A stretch of 64,000 nt of DNA, taken from a virus. Taxonomy: Duplodnaviria > Caudoviricetes. The notes under the pieces are model-generated. The model did no database searches, had not been told where the DNA came from, and was given only the letters and a program-made list of their open reading frames with translations. This document shows positions 20,301-28,503 of this stretch, piece by piece. A program made the translations under genes and the position numbers. Within the stretch, counting starts at the first letter, position 1, and the number at the start of each line of letters is the position of its first letter. The stretch is taken from IMG/VR virus record IMGVR_UViG_3300025909_000005. The stretch is one strand, 5' to 3'.

Positions 20301-20936
20301 GGGCACGACCTCCATTGGGTAGGAGTCTTGACCGGCCTGAGCCGTGAATGGGAAGACGCCGTTCGTGAAGGAGCCAGAAGTGTTGCGCAGACCGTAGAGG
20401 TCCATGACAACGTCACCAATCTGGAAGGTCTTGGAGGGTTGACCGAAGCGGGTGTTCAGGACGCGGTTCATCACGAGGATGAACTGCTCCTTCCAGTTCG
20501 AGTTGTTCGGGTCGTTCCACTTGATTGTCAGACCAGCCAGGTCGGTGCCACGTGAGTCGACGACGCGTTCGGTGGTCGAGACGGTGTTGAACTTGATCAG
20601 GCCACGAACAGGAATGTTGCGGGTTGGCTTGTACGAGACGAGCTTGGCAAGGCGGAGGATCGACTGCTTACGCTGAGCAGTGGTCACGAAGTTCTCGTGA
20701 GCCATCATGTCGACGCGATAGGCCAGCTGCTCAGCGACGTAGGCGAACGACTCGATCAGGGCAATGAACTCGGACGACTCGATGTAGTCGTTGAAGACCT
20801 CTGGGTAGTAGGTCTTGGTGTAGTCGATCAGCGACTGCTTGATGCTGTCAAAGTCATATGAGACGAAGCTGACCTCGCTGAAGGCCTGGTAGATTCGATC
20901 CCAGGTCTCGGCCGAGTAAGTGGTACGGAGTGCCAT
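17391..20936 (-). CDS. gp6: Baseplate wedge subunit, T4 gp6-like (1181 aa)
   Basis: DFDSIKQSLIDY...NDYIESSEFIALIESFAYVAEQLAYRVDM...ENFVTTAQRKQSILRLAKLVSYKP, ETIEHIR, DRMVNGQDY, and a C-terminal IDNWDFGDTFY motif. Confidence 0.88.
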   Translation of the reverse strand: MALRTTYSAETWDRIYQAFSEVSFVSYDFDSIKQSLIDYTKTYYPEVFNDYIESSEFIALIESFAYVAEQLAYRVDMMAHENFVTTAQRKQSILRLAKLVSYKPTRNIPVRGLIKFNTVSTTERVVDSRGTDLAGLTIKWNDPNNSNWKEQFILVMNRVLNTRFGQPSKTFQIGDVVMDLYGLRNTSGSFTNGVFPFTAQAGQDSYPMEVVPADIDSNGPFEREPDLTSPLSIIYANDGIGDGSDYTGFLGFVKQGALTRIDYNIADALPDRRLDFDPTNVNHTDIWVQKLDSNSNISERWTQVDTLSENLVFNSIRNTRKKFEVDTGENDKITLIFGDGDFSDIPQGLFRFWMRQSANRSIVVQKNKVQNVPFNFSYTSTLNNTESCSMTFSLTTTLQNGSATETIEHIRQSMPGSFYVQDRMVNGQDYNTLLLEDPSILRLNTINRTFAGQPKYIDWNDASGTYENVKLFGDDATMRYQLSLSSQTTSVSGQALIDSVIEPLLSTSGVINTLLHSSATTPGMQGVVSAPRRKFIEDNRGGIYSDATGTLIGDGSLKEKTSIQGLIDRHWYGEPLQYVQAADGTVLAQIPDPDLNPKDDSKIYAATVPRTIDGVNRFPPGDIGSGLQPIADQDYFALRYNRYFAGIGTGTITPVSGFTSSIPATSTSVAEVWTIEVAADGGSLYVRSNLRGSFPTGAIGDVYSILLPGETSSKEFFTVTSSTTNPLQPGDAFILDTNSDGSVTQRLFSDGNPNNIVNLNGWWEIISAADLTSEFANGPDSSLYHDQKFTPSVRRYSWVIFIRKLRQNSTIIGYEVHNREVALTIRSEDTNFWFNTVDQLLDNETKDVVYDNIKILGSNFNSAGIQLKKNQIYDVVGPVKDSDGVLDVHQLQIVPSDLLKEDDSGDLVPDRLLQYETFSGGTEPSYEYFLISNPTVTLTGIAASTAAGMTWGAGAFVDDSLVYGRRQRMPALDSGNTGLDFMWQHFTPFTNIIDPTPTNIHDAYVLTSGYYNNVIDYVRGTSVYAPTPPTPLELRNSYGDLLRKKMLSDTVVMHSGKIRLLFGGLAEPQLRAKFKVVKSLTGTLTDERIKEEVLDVINTFFDIDNWDFGDTFYATKLIALIHQRLPEDVAAVVPVPVYSTNSFGSLFTVEAGFDEILQSAAEISDIDVVEALTSTVIRQSK

Positions 20937-20961
20937 TGCTGTCCTGTTCTAGGTGTACGTC

Positions 20962-20967
20962 TATTTA
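20962..20967 (-). promoter_or_regulatory. Late promoter core TAAATA
   Basis: Upstream of gp6; includes the upstream TAA stop. Confidence 0.75.
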
Positions 20968-21207
20968 CAGCGACACGAATTCGCCATCGGTTAGGTATCC
21001 GTGCCAGCCACAGCAGCGCTGAAGCAGCGAAGGCGTCAGAGTTGGCTTCTCTTCGTTACCGTTCCAGGTCCAGCCGTCATTGAACTCCTTGTCGATTGGA
21101 ACGTAGGAGTCGTCCCCACAGCCAGGACAGTCAAAGGCCACGCCACCAGGCCGGCCATCAGGATACTTCCGAATGGCCCATCCGTTTGGTCGCGGTTCCT
21201 TCCTCAT
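20965..21207 (-). CDS. Small Cys/His protein, DUF6527-like (80 aa)
   Basis: CPGC...GWTWNGNEEKPTLTPSLL..CCGWHGYLTDG. ATGA overlap with gp25. Confidence 0.65.
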   Translation of the reverse strand: MRKEPRPNGWAIRKYPDGRPGGVAFDCPGCGDDSYVPIDKEFNDGWTWNGNEEKPTLTPSLLQRCCGWHGYLTDGEFVSL

Positions 21208-21560
21208 GCAGTGGCGAACTCGAGGCGCAGGGTGTCCACGATTCCCAGTTCGATGTAGCGAAGGTCAAGAACAGCCACGATGGCGTTGTTCTCAGGAAGG
21301 GCCATGACAGCGATGTCAATAAGCTGAACGCGAGGGTCGTAGTCGACGACCTCCCGCAGGTCTGACTCAACGTCCTTTAGTGTGAGCTGGTCCAGAGGTT
21401 CAAAGGCGATCAGTGGGATGCGCGTGCCAAAGCCAGGCATCATGACGCGCTCGCCCTTGAGAGTGTAGATGTGGTTTAGGAGGTCTCGGTTGATGAGCTC
21501 TGCGCCCTTCATGCCGAAGCCTTTCTTCGCCTTGGTGGAGAAGCCGAGGTACTTACTCAT
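21204..21560 (-). CDS. gp25: Baseplate wedge subunit, T4 gp25-like (118 aa)
   Basis: Start reassigned to ATG 21560 (MSKYLGFST). LINRDLLNHIYTLKGERVMMPGFGTRIP...FEP...VVDYDPRV. Confidence 0.9.
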   Translation of the reverse strand: MSKYLGFSTKAKKGFGMKGAELINRDLLNHIYTLKGERVMMPGFGTRIPLIAFEPLDQLTLKDVESDLREVVDYDPRVQLIDIAVMALPENNAIVAVLDLRYIELGIVDTLRLEFATA

Positions 21561-21951
21561 CAAGTTCCCTAATATTGATGCGAACACGATTGGTGGACTC
21601 TGGTTTGCCTGTGTCGAAGTTGAAGGGGTTCCAAGAAGCAAACTCATGTAGGCCCAAGTTCGTTGACTTTGCCTCAATAGTCTTGCATAGCTTCGTCATG
21701 TTCCTGGCAACTTCCAGGTCATGTGCTCGATTTTGATCGTCATCCTCGATCGGGCCCGGCGAGGGGTCCCACTCAGGCACCTTCAGCGTCAAGTAGGAGT
21801 AACCGTCCTTATCGGGCTTTGTCAGCCCGAGGAACTTGTAACCAGGACCGAAGTTCAGTCTCTTAAGGAGGTCGTTGAAGATCGGAAGCTTCGTCTTCGG
21901 TATTGAAGCCTTGAGCTTTGCCAGGTCCTCAAGAAGTTCGGTGACTTTCAT
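21553..21951 (-). CDS. Small protein with capsid-targeting-like leader MKVTELLE (132 aa)
   Basis: Inserted between gp5 and gp25. Has the leader motif and a TAAATA at 22136-22141 upstream. Confidence 0.6.
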   Translation of the reverse strand: MKVTELLEDLAKLKASIPKTKLPIFNDLLKRLNFGPGYKFLGLTKPDKDGYSYLTLKVPEWDPSPGPIEDDDQNRAHDLEVARNMTKLCKTIEAKSTNLGLHEFASWNPFNFDTGKPESTNRVRINIRELDE

Positions 21952-23048
21952 TTCTTCCAGTTCTTGTTGCGTGCGAAGACACCGTCAGGGCGGGTCCATG
22001 GTTCATGGTCAGGTGTGATGTCTGGTTTGTCAGCGCACGGTGCAGACTTGGCAGGCGGGCCATTCAAGTGGATCTGAGATCCGGTCTGGTGAATGTAACC
22101 GCTAGCCTTGAGGTCGACTGCTGCCGTGCTCTCGATATTTAGGCCCTTGCCGGAAAGAGAGATGTCGCTGCAGGCGGAGCCGCGCAGCCAACCGCCAGAA
22201 CTCAGGTTGATGTTACCACCAGCCAGAAGATTGATGTTGCCGTTCGCTGTGAAATTCATGTCGGCGCCCGAGCTGACTGAGATGGATGAAGCTCCGTACA
22301 TGTGGACGTGACCATCAGAGTCCATCTCGATCCAGGTGTTGCCCTTCGCGGTGCTGATGTAGATGCGTTCGTTCGCGTCGTCTAGAATGATCTGGTGACC
22401 GTCAGCTGTCTTGAGGCGCATGCGGCCTGTTGCAGGGTTGTCCTGCATGATGATAGCGTGTCGGCCTGGCGTGACCAAGCAGTACGTCTGTGGGTCCAGG
22501 CCGGCATCTGGAACGACGCTATTCTGGTACCCCTCTGAGCCATCTCGGTTGTCCACGCCTTGCGCAACAGACCGCTCGTAGACACCACGAGTCAGGGCCT
22601 CAGGCGCATCCAGCTTTCCATTGAACTGCTGGCTCAGGTTCGTGTTCTGCGGTTCAACTGAGTCAAAGGTGTCAGAGAGTGGAACGTTGGCCAGGTCAGA
22701 GCGGTTTCGACCCTGTGGCAGGGAACGGTTGCCGTGTGGTCGGAAGATCGAGCCGAGGTAGTGGCGCTGCATCGGGTCACCGTACATCAGCGCAATCATG
22801 ACGATCGAGCCAACCTTCGGGATGGCCCAGAAGCCATACGACATGTGGCCTGTGGTGGGGGTGCCAGAGGATCCAGCAGGGTAGTTCGAGGTCTGACCAC
22901 CTAGAGGAGAGACGTACGTCGCCCAAGGAATGTTCTCGGGCCGATAGTCATCGCCATCAAGGGCAGGGCACCAGACCCGGACACGACCCATCTGCTGAGG
23001 ATCGCTGGAGTCGATGACGACGCCTTCAATGAGGCTGTGGTGAATCAT
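21948..23048 (-). CDS. gp5: Baseplate central spike, gp5/VgrG-like OB-fold plus beta-helix, no lysozyme domain (366 aa)
   Basis: GVVIDSSDPQQMGRVRVWCP...IPWA...GFWAIPKVGSIVMI (OB fold), T..GHQIILDD..ERI...GNTWIEMDSDG, and C-terminal IHLNG...PDHEPWTRP. Confidence 0.8.
   Translation of the reverse strand: MIHHSLIEGVVIDSSDPQQMGRVRVWCPALDGDDYRPENIPWATYVSPLGGQTSNYPAGSSGTPTTGHMSYGFWAIPKVGSIVMIALMYGDPMQRHYLGSIFRPHGNRSLPQGRNRSDLANVPLSDTFDSVEPQNTNLSQQFNGKLDAPEALTRGVYERSVAQGVDNRDGSEGYQNSVVPDAGLDPQTYCLVTPGRHAIIMQDNPATGRMRLKTADGHQIILDDANERIYISTAKGNTWIEMDSDGHVHMYGASSISVSSGADMNFTANGNINLLAGGNINLSSGGWLRGSACSDISLSGKGLNIESTAAVDLKASGYIHQTGSQIHLNGPPAKSAPCADKPDITPDHEPWTRPDGVFARNKNWKK
22136..22141 (-). promoter_or_regulatory. 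Embedded late promoter TAAATA inside gp5
   Basis: About 185 nt upstream of the 21951 gene; encoded as CTA AAT. Confidence 0.45.
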
Positions 23049-25192
23049 ACGGTCTTCACTGTCTTGGTTGTGGCGCTGTTCGTTGTCTTGCCCAGGCCAA
23101 ACACGTTGTGGAGGTAGAGCTCAAGCGTTTGCGTGAAGCTTGAACCTTCGATGTGGTTGGCGACCTTGAAGACGACGTAGTAGTTGTCCTTGAGAACCTC
23201 CGTGGCGTAGTTCGTGCCAGAGATTGGTTTGCCACGGAAATCGACGTTCGGACCCTTGATGTTGATGAGCACGAAGACCGGCGCGGAGGCGTAGCCCGTG
23301 CTGCCAAGCGTGTTCTGCAGCACGAGGGTGCCGTCCTCTCGCCTGAAACTGTTAACCTGCTCGCCTGTTGTAACGTTCGACGTCACCGTGTTGTTGCGGA
23401 TGATCTTGTCTACGAACCACTGACGATATGCCGTCTTTACGCTAGGGGCAACCGATGACGCTGTTCCACCAGCCGAGACAGTGCTGTCATTCGTATGGCG
23501 AAGCAAGGTATCGTAGTTGAACTTCTGCATGATCGTTGGGTTTCCACGAATCGTGATCAGCGCGGTGACGGGACTGGTGGCGTAGAAAGCTGACAGGTTC
23601 TTGGTGTAGTCCTGTGCCGACTTCTGGTGTTCCTTTGCATCCTTCGTTGACTTGAGTTTGCTGAACCGAGAAAAATTACGAAGCTCCTCACCCGTAGAAT
23701 GTGGCAGTAGAATCGCGTCGTAGGCACGTGCCTGAATCAACTCGGCTGTTCGATCAACAGGGTTCTTGGGATCCTCTTGGCCGTTATCAGAAATTCCTGC
23801 AAGAGCAGCAGCACCCACGTTCAAGTTGGCCTGGTACAGGTACTGGAGGTTCTGGATCTTGAGATCGAAGTTCAAGATGTCCTTGTTCATACCCGTGTAG
23901 ATGTAGTCAAACTCGGCGTAGTTCAAGGGGATCCGGCGACCGTCATCCCCGACGGGCTTGTAGAACTGCGAGGCATCCGAGTTGGCCTGCGAGTGAGCAT
24001 TGGCCTTCTGCACTTCCACGTTGGGCACAACGAACTCCACCACGTCAACGTGCACGCAGATCGTGTCATCGTCACTAGACAGGCCGATGATGTGGTTGTA
24101 GAACTTGATCACGTCCTTATCATGGACGCCAGCACCCAGGTCCTGAATGGCGGGGACAGAACGAAACAGTGCGTCAAGAGCGTCGGTGATCTTCGATTCA
24201 GGCTGAAATGAGAAGTGCGTATCAATGATCTTTGGAGATTCAAGAGTTTCCGGCGCCTGATTTTGGGCCTTCTTGATCTTTTCATTGGCGGCTGCTGACT
24301 CAGCGTCCCGTTTGAAGATGATCTCCTTCGCGTTAGCAACTGCGTGAGCGGACAGCTCAAAGTCGGCCCAGCGGCCTGGCGATCCAACTGCTAGCTCATC
24401 GCCAGGCAGAGTGATCATGTACTTTACCAGCCGGCCGAAGTGGCCGTTGCCGCCCTTTGCTGCTTGAACGTCATTGTAAAAATCTAGGGACTTCTTGTTG
24501 AGCACCGCCTGAAAGTTCTCCACGATGCTGCCTAGGGTGTTCGATCCAACCTTGGAGAAGATGGTAGCTGCTGAGGTGACACGAAGCCAGTCTGTATCCA
24601 CAACGGCATCGAAGTTCAGGTATGGCAGCCACTCGATAGTATAGACTCCCTTCGAGAAGTCAAGGTTCAACTCCAGCTTCTGAAGCATGAGCGGCAGAGT
24701 GATTGTCTGAACCGTTTCAGTGCCGTACTTTCCGGTCTTGGAGTTCTTGCCCTCACCAACGAAGATCACGCGGAGCATGAAGACGATGCCGTTGAAGTTG
24801 CACTGCATCTGCTCGTCAACAAGGTACTGCAGGAAGTTTACAAACGAGATGCCTACGGCATCCAGCATGGTCATTGAGACTTTGCTGACTACGTTCGAGT
24901 GTGCGTTTCCAGCGGCCAGACCGTTGATCAAGACCTCGTAGTCAAGGTGTTGAATGCTGAACTGGGAGAAGCGGCGGGTGTCCATGACCAGAAACGCGGC
25001 CCGCTTCTTGTTTAGGTACTCGATGGGATCACCAAGCTGTGAGGTGCTGTTGATCGCCTCGAGTGTGGCGTTCTGAACGTTACGGTCCTCGGAGACAAAG
25101 TCAGCTGCGTCCTCAGTCGTCCTTGTAGCGACCATGACGTAGTGGACCGAGTAGCTCTCGAACTCATCAAGCGGATTGTAAAGGGATGCCAT
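23045..25192 (-). CDS. Probable baseplate hub protein (gp27-like role) (715 aa)
   Basis: MASLYNPLDEFESYSVHY N-terminus and C-terminal ITIRGNP...YVVFKVANHIEGSSFTQTLEL. Lies between the gp53- and gp5-like genes. Confidence 0.6.
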   Translation of the reverse strand: MASLYNPLDEFESYSVHYVMVATRTTEDAADFVSEDRNVQNATLEAINSTSQLGDPIEYLNKKRAAFLVMDTRRFSQFSIQHLDYEVLINGLAAGNAHSNVVSKVSMTMLDAVGISFVNFLQYLVDEQMQCNFNGIVFMLRVIFVGEGKNSKTGKYGTETVQTITLPLMLQKLELNLDFSKGVYTIEWLPYLNFDAVVDTDWLRVTSAATIFSKVGSNTLGSIVENFQAVLNKKSLDFYNDVQAAKGGNGHFGRLVKYMITLPGDELAVGSPGRWADFELSAHAVANAKEIIFKRDAESAAANEKIKKAQNQAPETLESPKIIDTHFSFQPESKITDALDALFRSVPAIQDLGAGVHDKDVIKFYNHIIGLSSDDDTICVHVDVVEFVVPNVEVQKANAHSQANSDASQFYKPVGDDGRRIPLNYAEFDYIYTGMNKDILNFDLKIQNLQYLYQANLNVGAAALAGISDNGQEDPKNPVDRTAELIQARAYDAILLPHSTGEELRNFSRFSKLKSTKDAKEHQKSAQDYTKNLSAFYATSPVTALITIRGNPTIMQKFNYDTLLRHTNDSTVSAGGTASSVAPSVKTAYRQWFVDKIIRNNTVTSNVTTGEQVNSFRREDGTLVLQNTLGSTGYASAPVFVLINIKGPNVDFRGKPISGTNYATEVLKDNYYVVFKVANHIEGSSFTQTLELYLHNVFGLGKTTNSATTKTVKTV

Positions 25193-25566
25193 TAGACGAT
25201 AGGTAGGATGGTGGTCGGAATCTCACGGGTAGATGGGATGCCGCCAGTCTTTCCGCTGAGAATGACCTCAAGACGGGATGATGATGGGATAGCGATTCTG
25301 GCTCCAGCGACGATCTCGCTGAATGGATCTAGGATGTTGTTGTACTGAGCGAGAACCCACCAGTAGTGAGGATCACCCAGGAACAGGGCAGCAATCAGGT
25401 CAAGGCGACCCGAGAACTTCTGCTCCACCATGTAGACGATGTCGTCGGGCGCTGCAGAGAAGTTGTTGCGTTCCCACCACTCAATGGAGTTCTGGCCCAT
25501 CTCACTGCTGCCGCCTGAGACATAGCGGGTCTTGCTGTTCAAGACGGAGTTGCGTTGTACTGTCAT
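25192..25566 (-). CDS. gp53: Baseplate wedge protein, gp53/tail-X (LysM-like) (124 aa)
   Basis: YMVEQKFSGRLDLIAALFLGDPHYWWVLAQYNNILDPFSEIVAGARIAIP. Confidence 0.8.
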   Translation of the reverse strand: MTVQRNSVLNSKTRYVSGGSSEMGQNSIEWWERNNFSAAPDDIVYMVEQKFSGRLDLIAALFLGDPHYWWVLAQYNNILDPFSEIVAGARIAIPSSSRLEVILSGKTGGIPSTREIPTTILPIV

Positions 25567-27003
25567 TTAGCTTCCACGTGAGTTGACAACGTGGCCCTGC
25601 GCATTCAGCGAACGGCCCTTGCTGTCTGTGCTGACGGCATCCTGACTCTCGCTCGGATCAGCAGGGGTACCAAAATCTGAATCCATCTCAGCTGGAGCTT
25701 GAACATTTGTTTCAGTCTGAGTTGGTGACTTGTCAGTGTCTGCTGTGATGTCGCGAGATGGCGTGCCGAATGGGCTGTACGCGCCAAGCATGTCACCGTT
25801 GCGGTAGGCTGTGAGGTCGAACCCGTTGAACTCTTCAACCGAGAAGCTCTCGACGAGGGTCATGTTGACCTGCAGCACGACTGGCCATGGAACGTAGTTG
25901 CCATCGTACTCATTCGTATCTGTCGTTGGAATGTAGTCGACGTCCTTCGGCCAGTCCCAGTTCAAGGACGTGATGACGACAGGAACCTCACCCACAACAC
26001 CACGAAGGCCGAACAGGGACAGCACTGGAGGTGGGGCGCCGAGTCGGTCTGGGTTGTCGGTCGCGAGAATTTCTTGACCAAAGTACGGCATGGTCCAACC
26101 ACGGAGCATGTTTAGGTAGCCACGGTTCTTGGTAGCCTCAGACGACGTGCGCGACACGAAGGTGGCGCTAACCGTCCATTGAACCGATTCCGTTCCTTCG
26201 TACTTCTGAAAGGCACCTGGAAACTGAGCTGGTGAAACTGGAGTGTACTTGACAACGTGCGACTCAGTGACCTGAGGCATGATCTCGAAGATGACGACGT
26301 TCTTGAGGTCATCTCGCTCTGTCAGCGTGAAGACGTGGGCAGATGAACGGCCCTTGGCTCCGGCTGCTCGAATGATTGCAGAGGCTGATGGTTGTGCGGT
26401 TCCAGTGTTGCCGACGATCGTCGACTGCGCCTTCGGTGTGAGCAGGCCTGCCATACCGCCTGCGGTAGAGCCGCTGTTTCCTGTCATGATAGCGCTCTTC
26501 ATGCTCGAGAAGCCGGGCAGGTTTGCGCCGAGCGTGCTGAAGGCCGAGGTTGTGTCTAGGCCGAACTGATCAAAGGTGCGGTTGCTGGCTTCAGCCAACT
26601 TCGTCGTCGAATCTGTCAGCGTGAAGCTGCTGGTTGTTCCAGTTGGAACGTCCAGTGGCTGAGCGTCCAGGAACTGCTTCTTGACGAACTGCTGTTCTTC
26701 AGTCAGCGTCGCGTTGCCGTTTGGATCGACGTACGCGGTTGCTGGATCCTCTGTCTCGGTATCTGCAGAGCCGTTGTCAACGTCAACAGGAGGACGTGGG
26801 GATCCGGGCGGCGTGCTTGCGACCTGTGCTCGAACTGCTTGAAGGTCAGCAAGGTTCGCTGTCGCGTACTGGTAGCTTGAGGAGGTTTGATCCAGGCGTG
26901 GCAACACGTTCTGAATGCCAGAGATCTGCTTGTCGACCGCTGCGTACCATTCAGGTGAGCCAGGTGCTGTGCCACCGCCAATGGCGGATGGATCAATCGG
27001 CAT
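25567..27003 (-). CDS. Tail-tube-fold baseplate protein (gp48/gp54-like tube initiator) with low-complexity extensions (478 aa)
   Basis: Start reassigned to ATG 27003 (MPIDPS). Core FEIMPQVTESH...YEGTESVQWTVSATF...PPPVLSLFG...VPVVITSLNWDWPKDVDY. Confidence 0.6.
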   Translation of the reverse strand: MPIDPSAIGGGTAPGSPEWYAAVDKQISGIQNVLPRLDQTSSSYQYATANLADLQAVRAQVASTPPGSPRPPVDVDNGSADTETEDPATAYVDPNGNATLTEEQQFVKKQFLDAQPLDVPTGTTSSFTLTDSTTKLAEASNRTFDQFGLDTTSAFSTLGANLPGFSSMKSAIMTGNSGSTAGGMAGLLTPKAQSTIVGNTGTAQPSASAIIRAAGAKGRSSAHVFTLTERDDLKNVVIFEIMPQVTESHVVKYTPVSPAQFPGAFQKYEGTESVQWTVSATFVSRTSSEATKNRGYLNMLRGWTMPYFGQEILATDNPDRLGAPPPVLSLFGLRGVVGEVPVVITSLNWDWPKDVDYIPTTDTNEYDGNYVPWPVVLQVNMTLVESFSVEEFNGFDLTAYRNGDMLGAYSPFGTPSRDITADTDKSPTQTETNVQAPAEMDSDFGTPADPSESQDAVSTDSKGRSLNAQGHVVNSRGS

Positions 27004-27697
27004 CAGTCTTCTCCTCTTCTTGTGGCAGAACTGCCTTGATCTTGTTGAACATGAGCTGCGCCAGCTTCGGCTTGTTCTCCAAGCCAGTGATGTGGGCAAA
27101 CTCCTTCAGGTAACCGAGTTCGACGGCACGACGGGCCATGGTACCAGAAACTTCTGAGTCGTCAAGCACGTCACCCTTCTTGAGGGCAGCGAGTGCCTTC
27201 TCCATGGCCCCCTTCTTGTCTTCAGAAGGACCTTCCTGGTTTTCACGAGGCAGGTCAATCTTCGTGTGAGCAATCTTGCCACCATCTGGCGTGGTGAAGT
27301 ACTTGTTCAGGATCTTGATGTAGTTGTCAGCCCGGTCAGAGCCGGCGGCGACAGAGATTGGTTCGTAGCCTGCACGTCGCACGGCCTCAAAGGCGGCGAA
27401 GCCGGATGGTGCAGTGAGGAACTTCACACCATTTGCCTGGCCAGAGGCCTGCATAAACTTGATGCGGTCCTCAGCTGAGAGTGGATTCTTCGACTTGTCC
27501 TGACTGGTCTTCTCACCTTCTACAACCACGACGACGGGGGCAGCCAGGTTCAGGTCAGGGTTGTTCCGCATGTAGGCCTTCATGGTGTCGATCACCCTGT
27601 AGTGGCCACGGGTTGGCGGGTTCATTCGGCCAACCATGACAGCAGCCCGCTTCTTCTGCATGCCAACTGTCTCTTCGATGATAAATTCTTCTGTCAT
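26993..27697 (-). CDS. Cytidylyltransferase-like nucleotidyltransferase (HxGH/TxGH family) (234 aa)
   Basis: Start reassigned to ATG 27697 (ATGA overlap). VGRMNPPTRGH, KNPLSAEDRIKFM, AGSDR and SGTMARRAV motifs. Confidence 0.82.
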   Translation of the reverse strand: MTEEFIIEETVGMQKKRAAVMVGRMNPPTRGHYRVIDTMKAYMRNNPDLNLAAPVVVVVEGEKTSQDKSKNPLSAEDRIKFMQASGQANGVKFLTAPSGFAAFEAVRRAGYEPISVAAGSDRADNYIKILNKYFTTPDGGKIAHTKIDLPRENQEGPSEDKKGAMEKALAALKKGDVLDDSEVSGTMARRAVELGYLKEFAHITGLENKPKLAQLMFNKIKAVLPQEEEKTDAD

Positions 27698-27879
27698 TTG
27701 GTGAACACCACGGCAATAGCAAAGATGACTAGGATGAGAGCCCAAAGCCCAGCGGCGAAAAGAATCGCTCCCTCCTCGCTTTTTAGCTGCTTTTCGCATT
27801 CACACTTTAAAATGAACGAAACAGAGAAGTACAGCCCAAGACCGGCCATGAGAATGAGAAATGCTGCGAACCAGTACAT
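27694..27879 (-). CDS. Small two-TM membrane protein (61 aa)
   Basis: Two hydrophobic segments flanking a charged loop. Late promoter upstream; ATGA overlap downstream. Confidence 0.6.
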   Translation of the reverse strand: MYWFAAFLILMAGLGLYFSVSFILKCECEKQLKSEEGAILFAAGLWALILVIFAIAVVFTK

Positions 27880-27899
27880 ACGTGCTCCTTGCGATCGGA

Positions 27900-27905
27900 T
27901 ATTTA
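27900..27905 (-). promoter_or_regulatory. Late promoter core TAAATA
   Basis: Heads the leftward baseplate operon. Confidence 0.75.
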
Positions 27906-27945
27906 TGGACCATCCAGATCCCCTCGGTTCACCCTTTTCTCGTCC

Positions 27946-27951
27946 TAAATA
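27946..27951 (+). promoter_or_regulatory. Late promoter core TAAATA upstream of gp55
   Basis: Intergenic. Confidence 0.6.
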
Positions 27952-27960
27952 TGAACGCGA

Positions 27961-27969
27961 TGTTACAAT
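27961..27969 (+). promoter_or_regulatory. Extended -10 promoter TGTTACAAT upstream of gp55
   Basis: The same 9-mer occurs at 37302 and 57679. Confidence 0.65.
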
Positions 27970-28018
27970 CTATCTAACGTCGCATCAACTCTAAAATCCC
28001 GTAGGAAGGGTAAGATCC

Positions 28019-28501
28019 ATGGCGACGACTCCACAAAAGAAAATTGTACCGATCAAGAAGGCAAAGTCTACGAGCACTCGTGGGCACTACGTCACAAATG
28101 CACAGCTCCTCGAAGCCATCGCGGCTGACAAGGCCAACGGAAACAAGCTGAGCGAGAAGCTCGGCAACTACCTCTACATGATCGCTGAGAGGTACTCGTA
28201 CAGCTCGTCGTTTGCAGGTTACTCGTTCCGCGAAGACATGGTGTCCTTCGCAGTAGTGAACCTCTGCGCGAACTGGTACAAGTTCGACCCGGCAAAGTCA
28301 GACAACCCATTCGCATTCTACACCACAGCAGCCTACCGCTCGTTCCTTCAGTACCTCGCTGACGAGAAGAAGCAGCGCGACATCCGTGACAAGATGCTCG
28401 TCGATGCCGGCGCAAACCCATCCTTCTCGTACCAAGAACGGTCGAAGGCCAACACGTCCACATCAGACGACACGGCGTTCCGCTCCTCCGCAACGGAGTA
28501 A
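28019..28501 (+). CDS. gp55: Late-transcription sigma factor, T4 gp55-like (160 aa)
   Basis: HYVTNAQLLEAI...IAERYS...FAGYSFREDMVS...KFDPAKSDNPFAFYTTAAYRSFLQYLADEKKQ. Lies directly before gp47/gp46 as in T4. Confidence 0.9.
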   Translation: MATTPQKKIVPIKKAKSTSTRGHYVTNAQLLEAIAADKANGNKLSEKLGNYLYMIAERYSYSSSFAGYSFREDMVSFAVVNLCANWYKFDPAKSDNPFAFYTTAAYRSFLQYLADEKKQRDIRDKMLVDAGANPSFSYQERSKANTSTSDDTAFRSSATE

Positions 28502-28503
28502 GC

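Noticed and set aside
21561-21677. Track's longer starts for gp25 (also 27099, 27799, 40699, 56539 for other genes)
   Set aside because: The extensions overlap neighbouring real genes. Internal ATGs with SD or ATGA coupling fit better.
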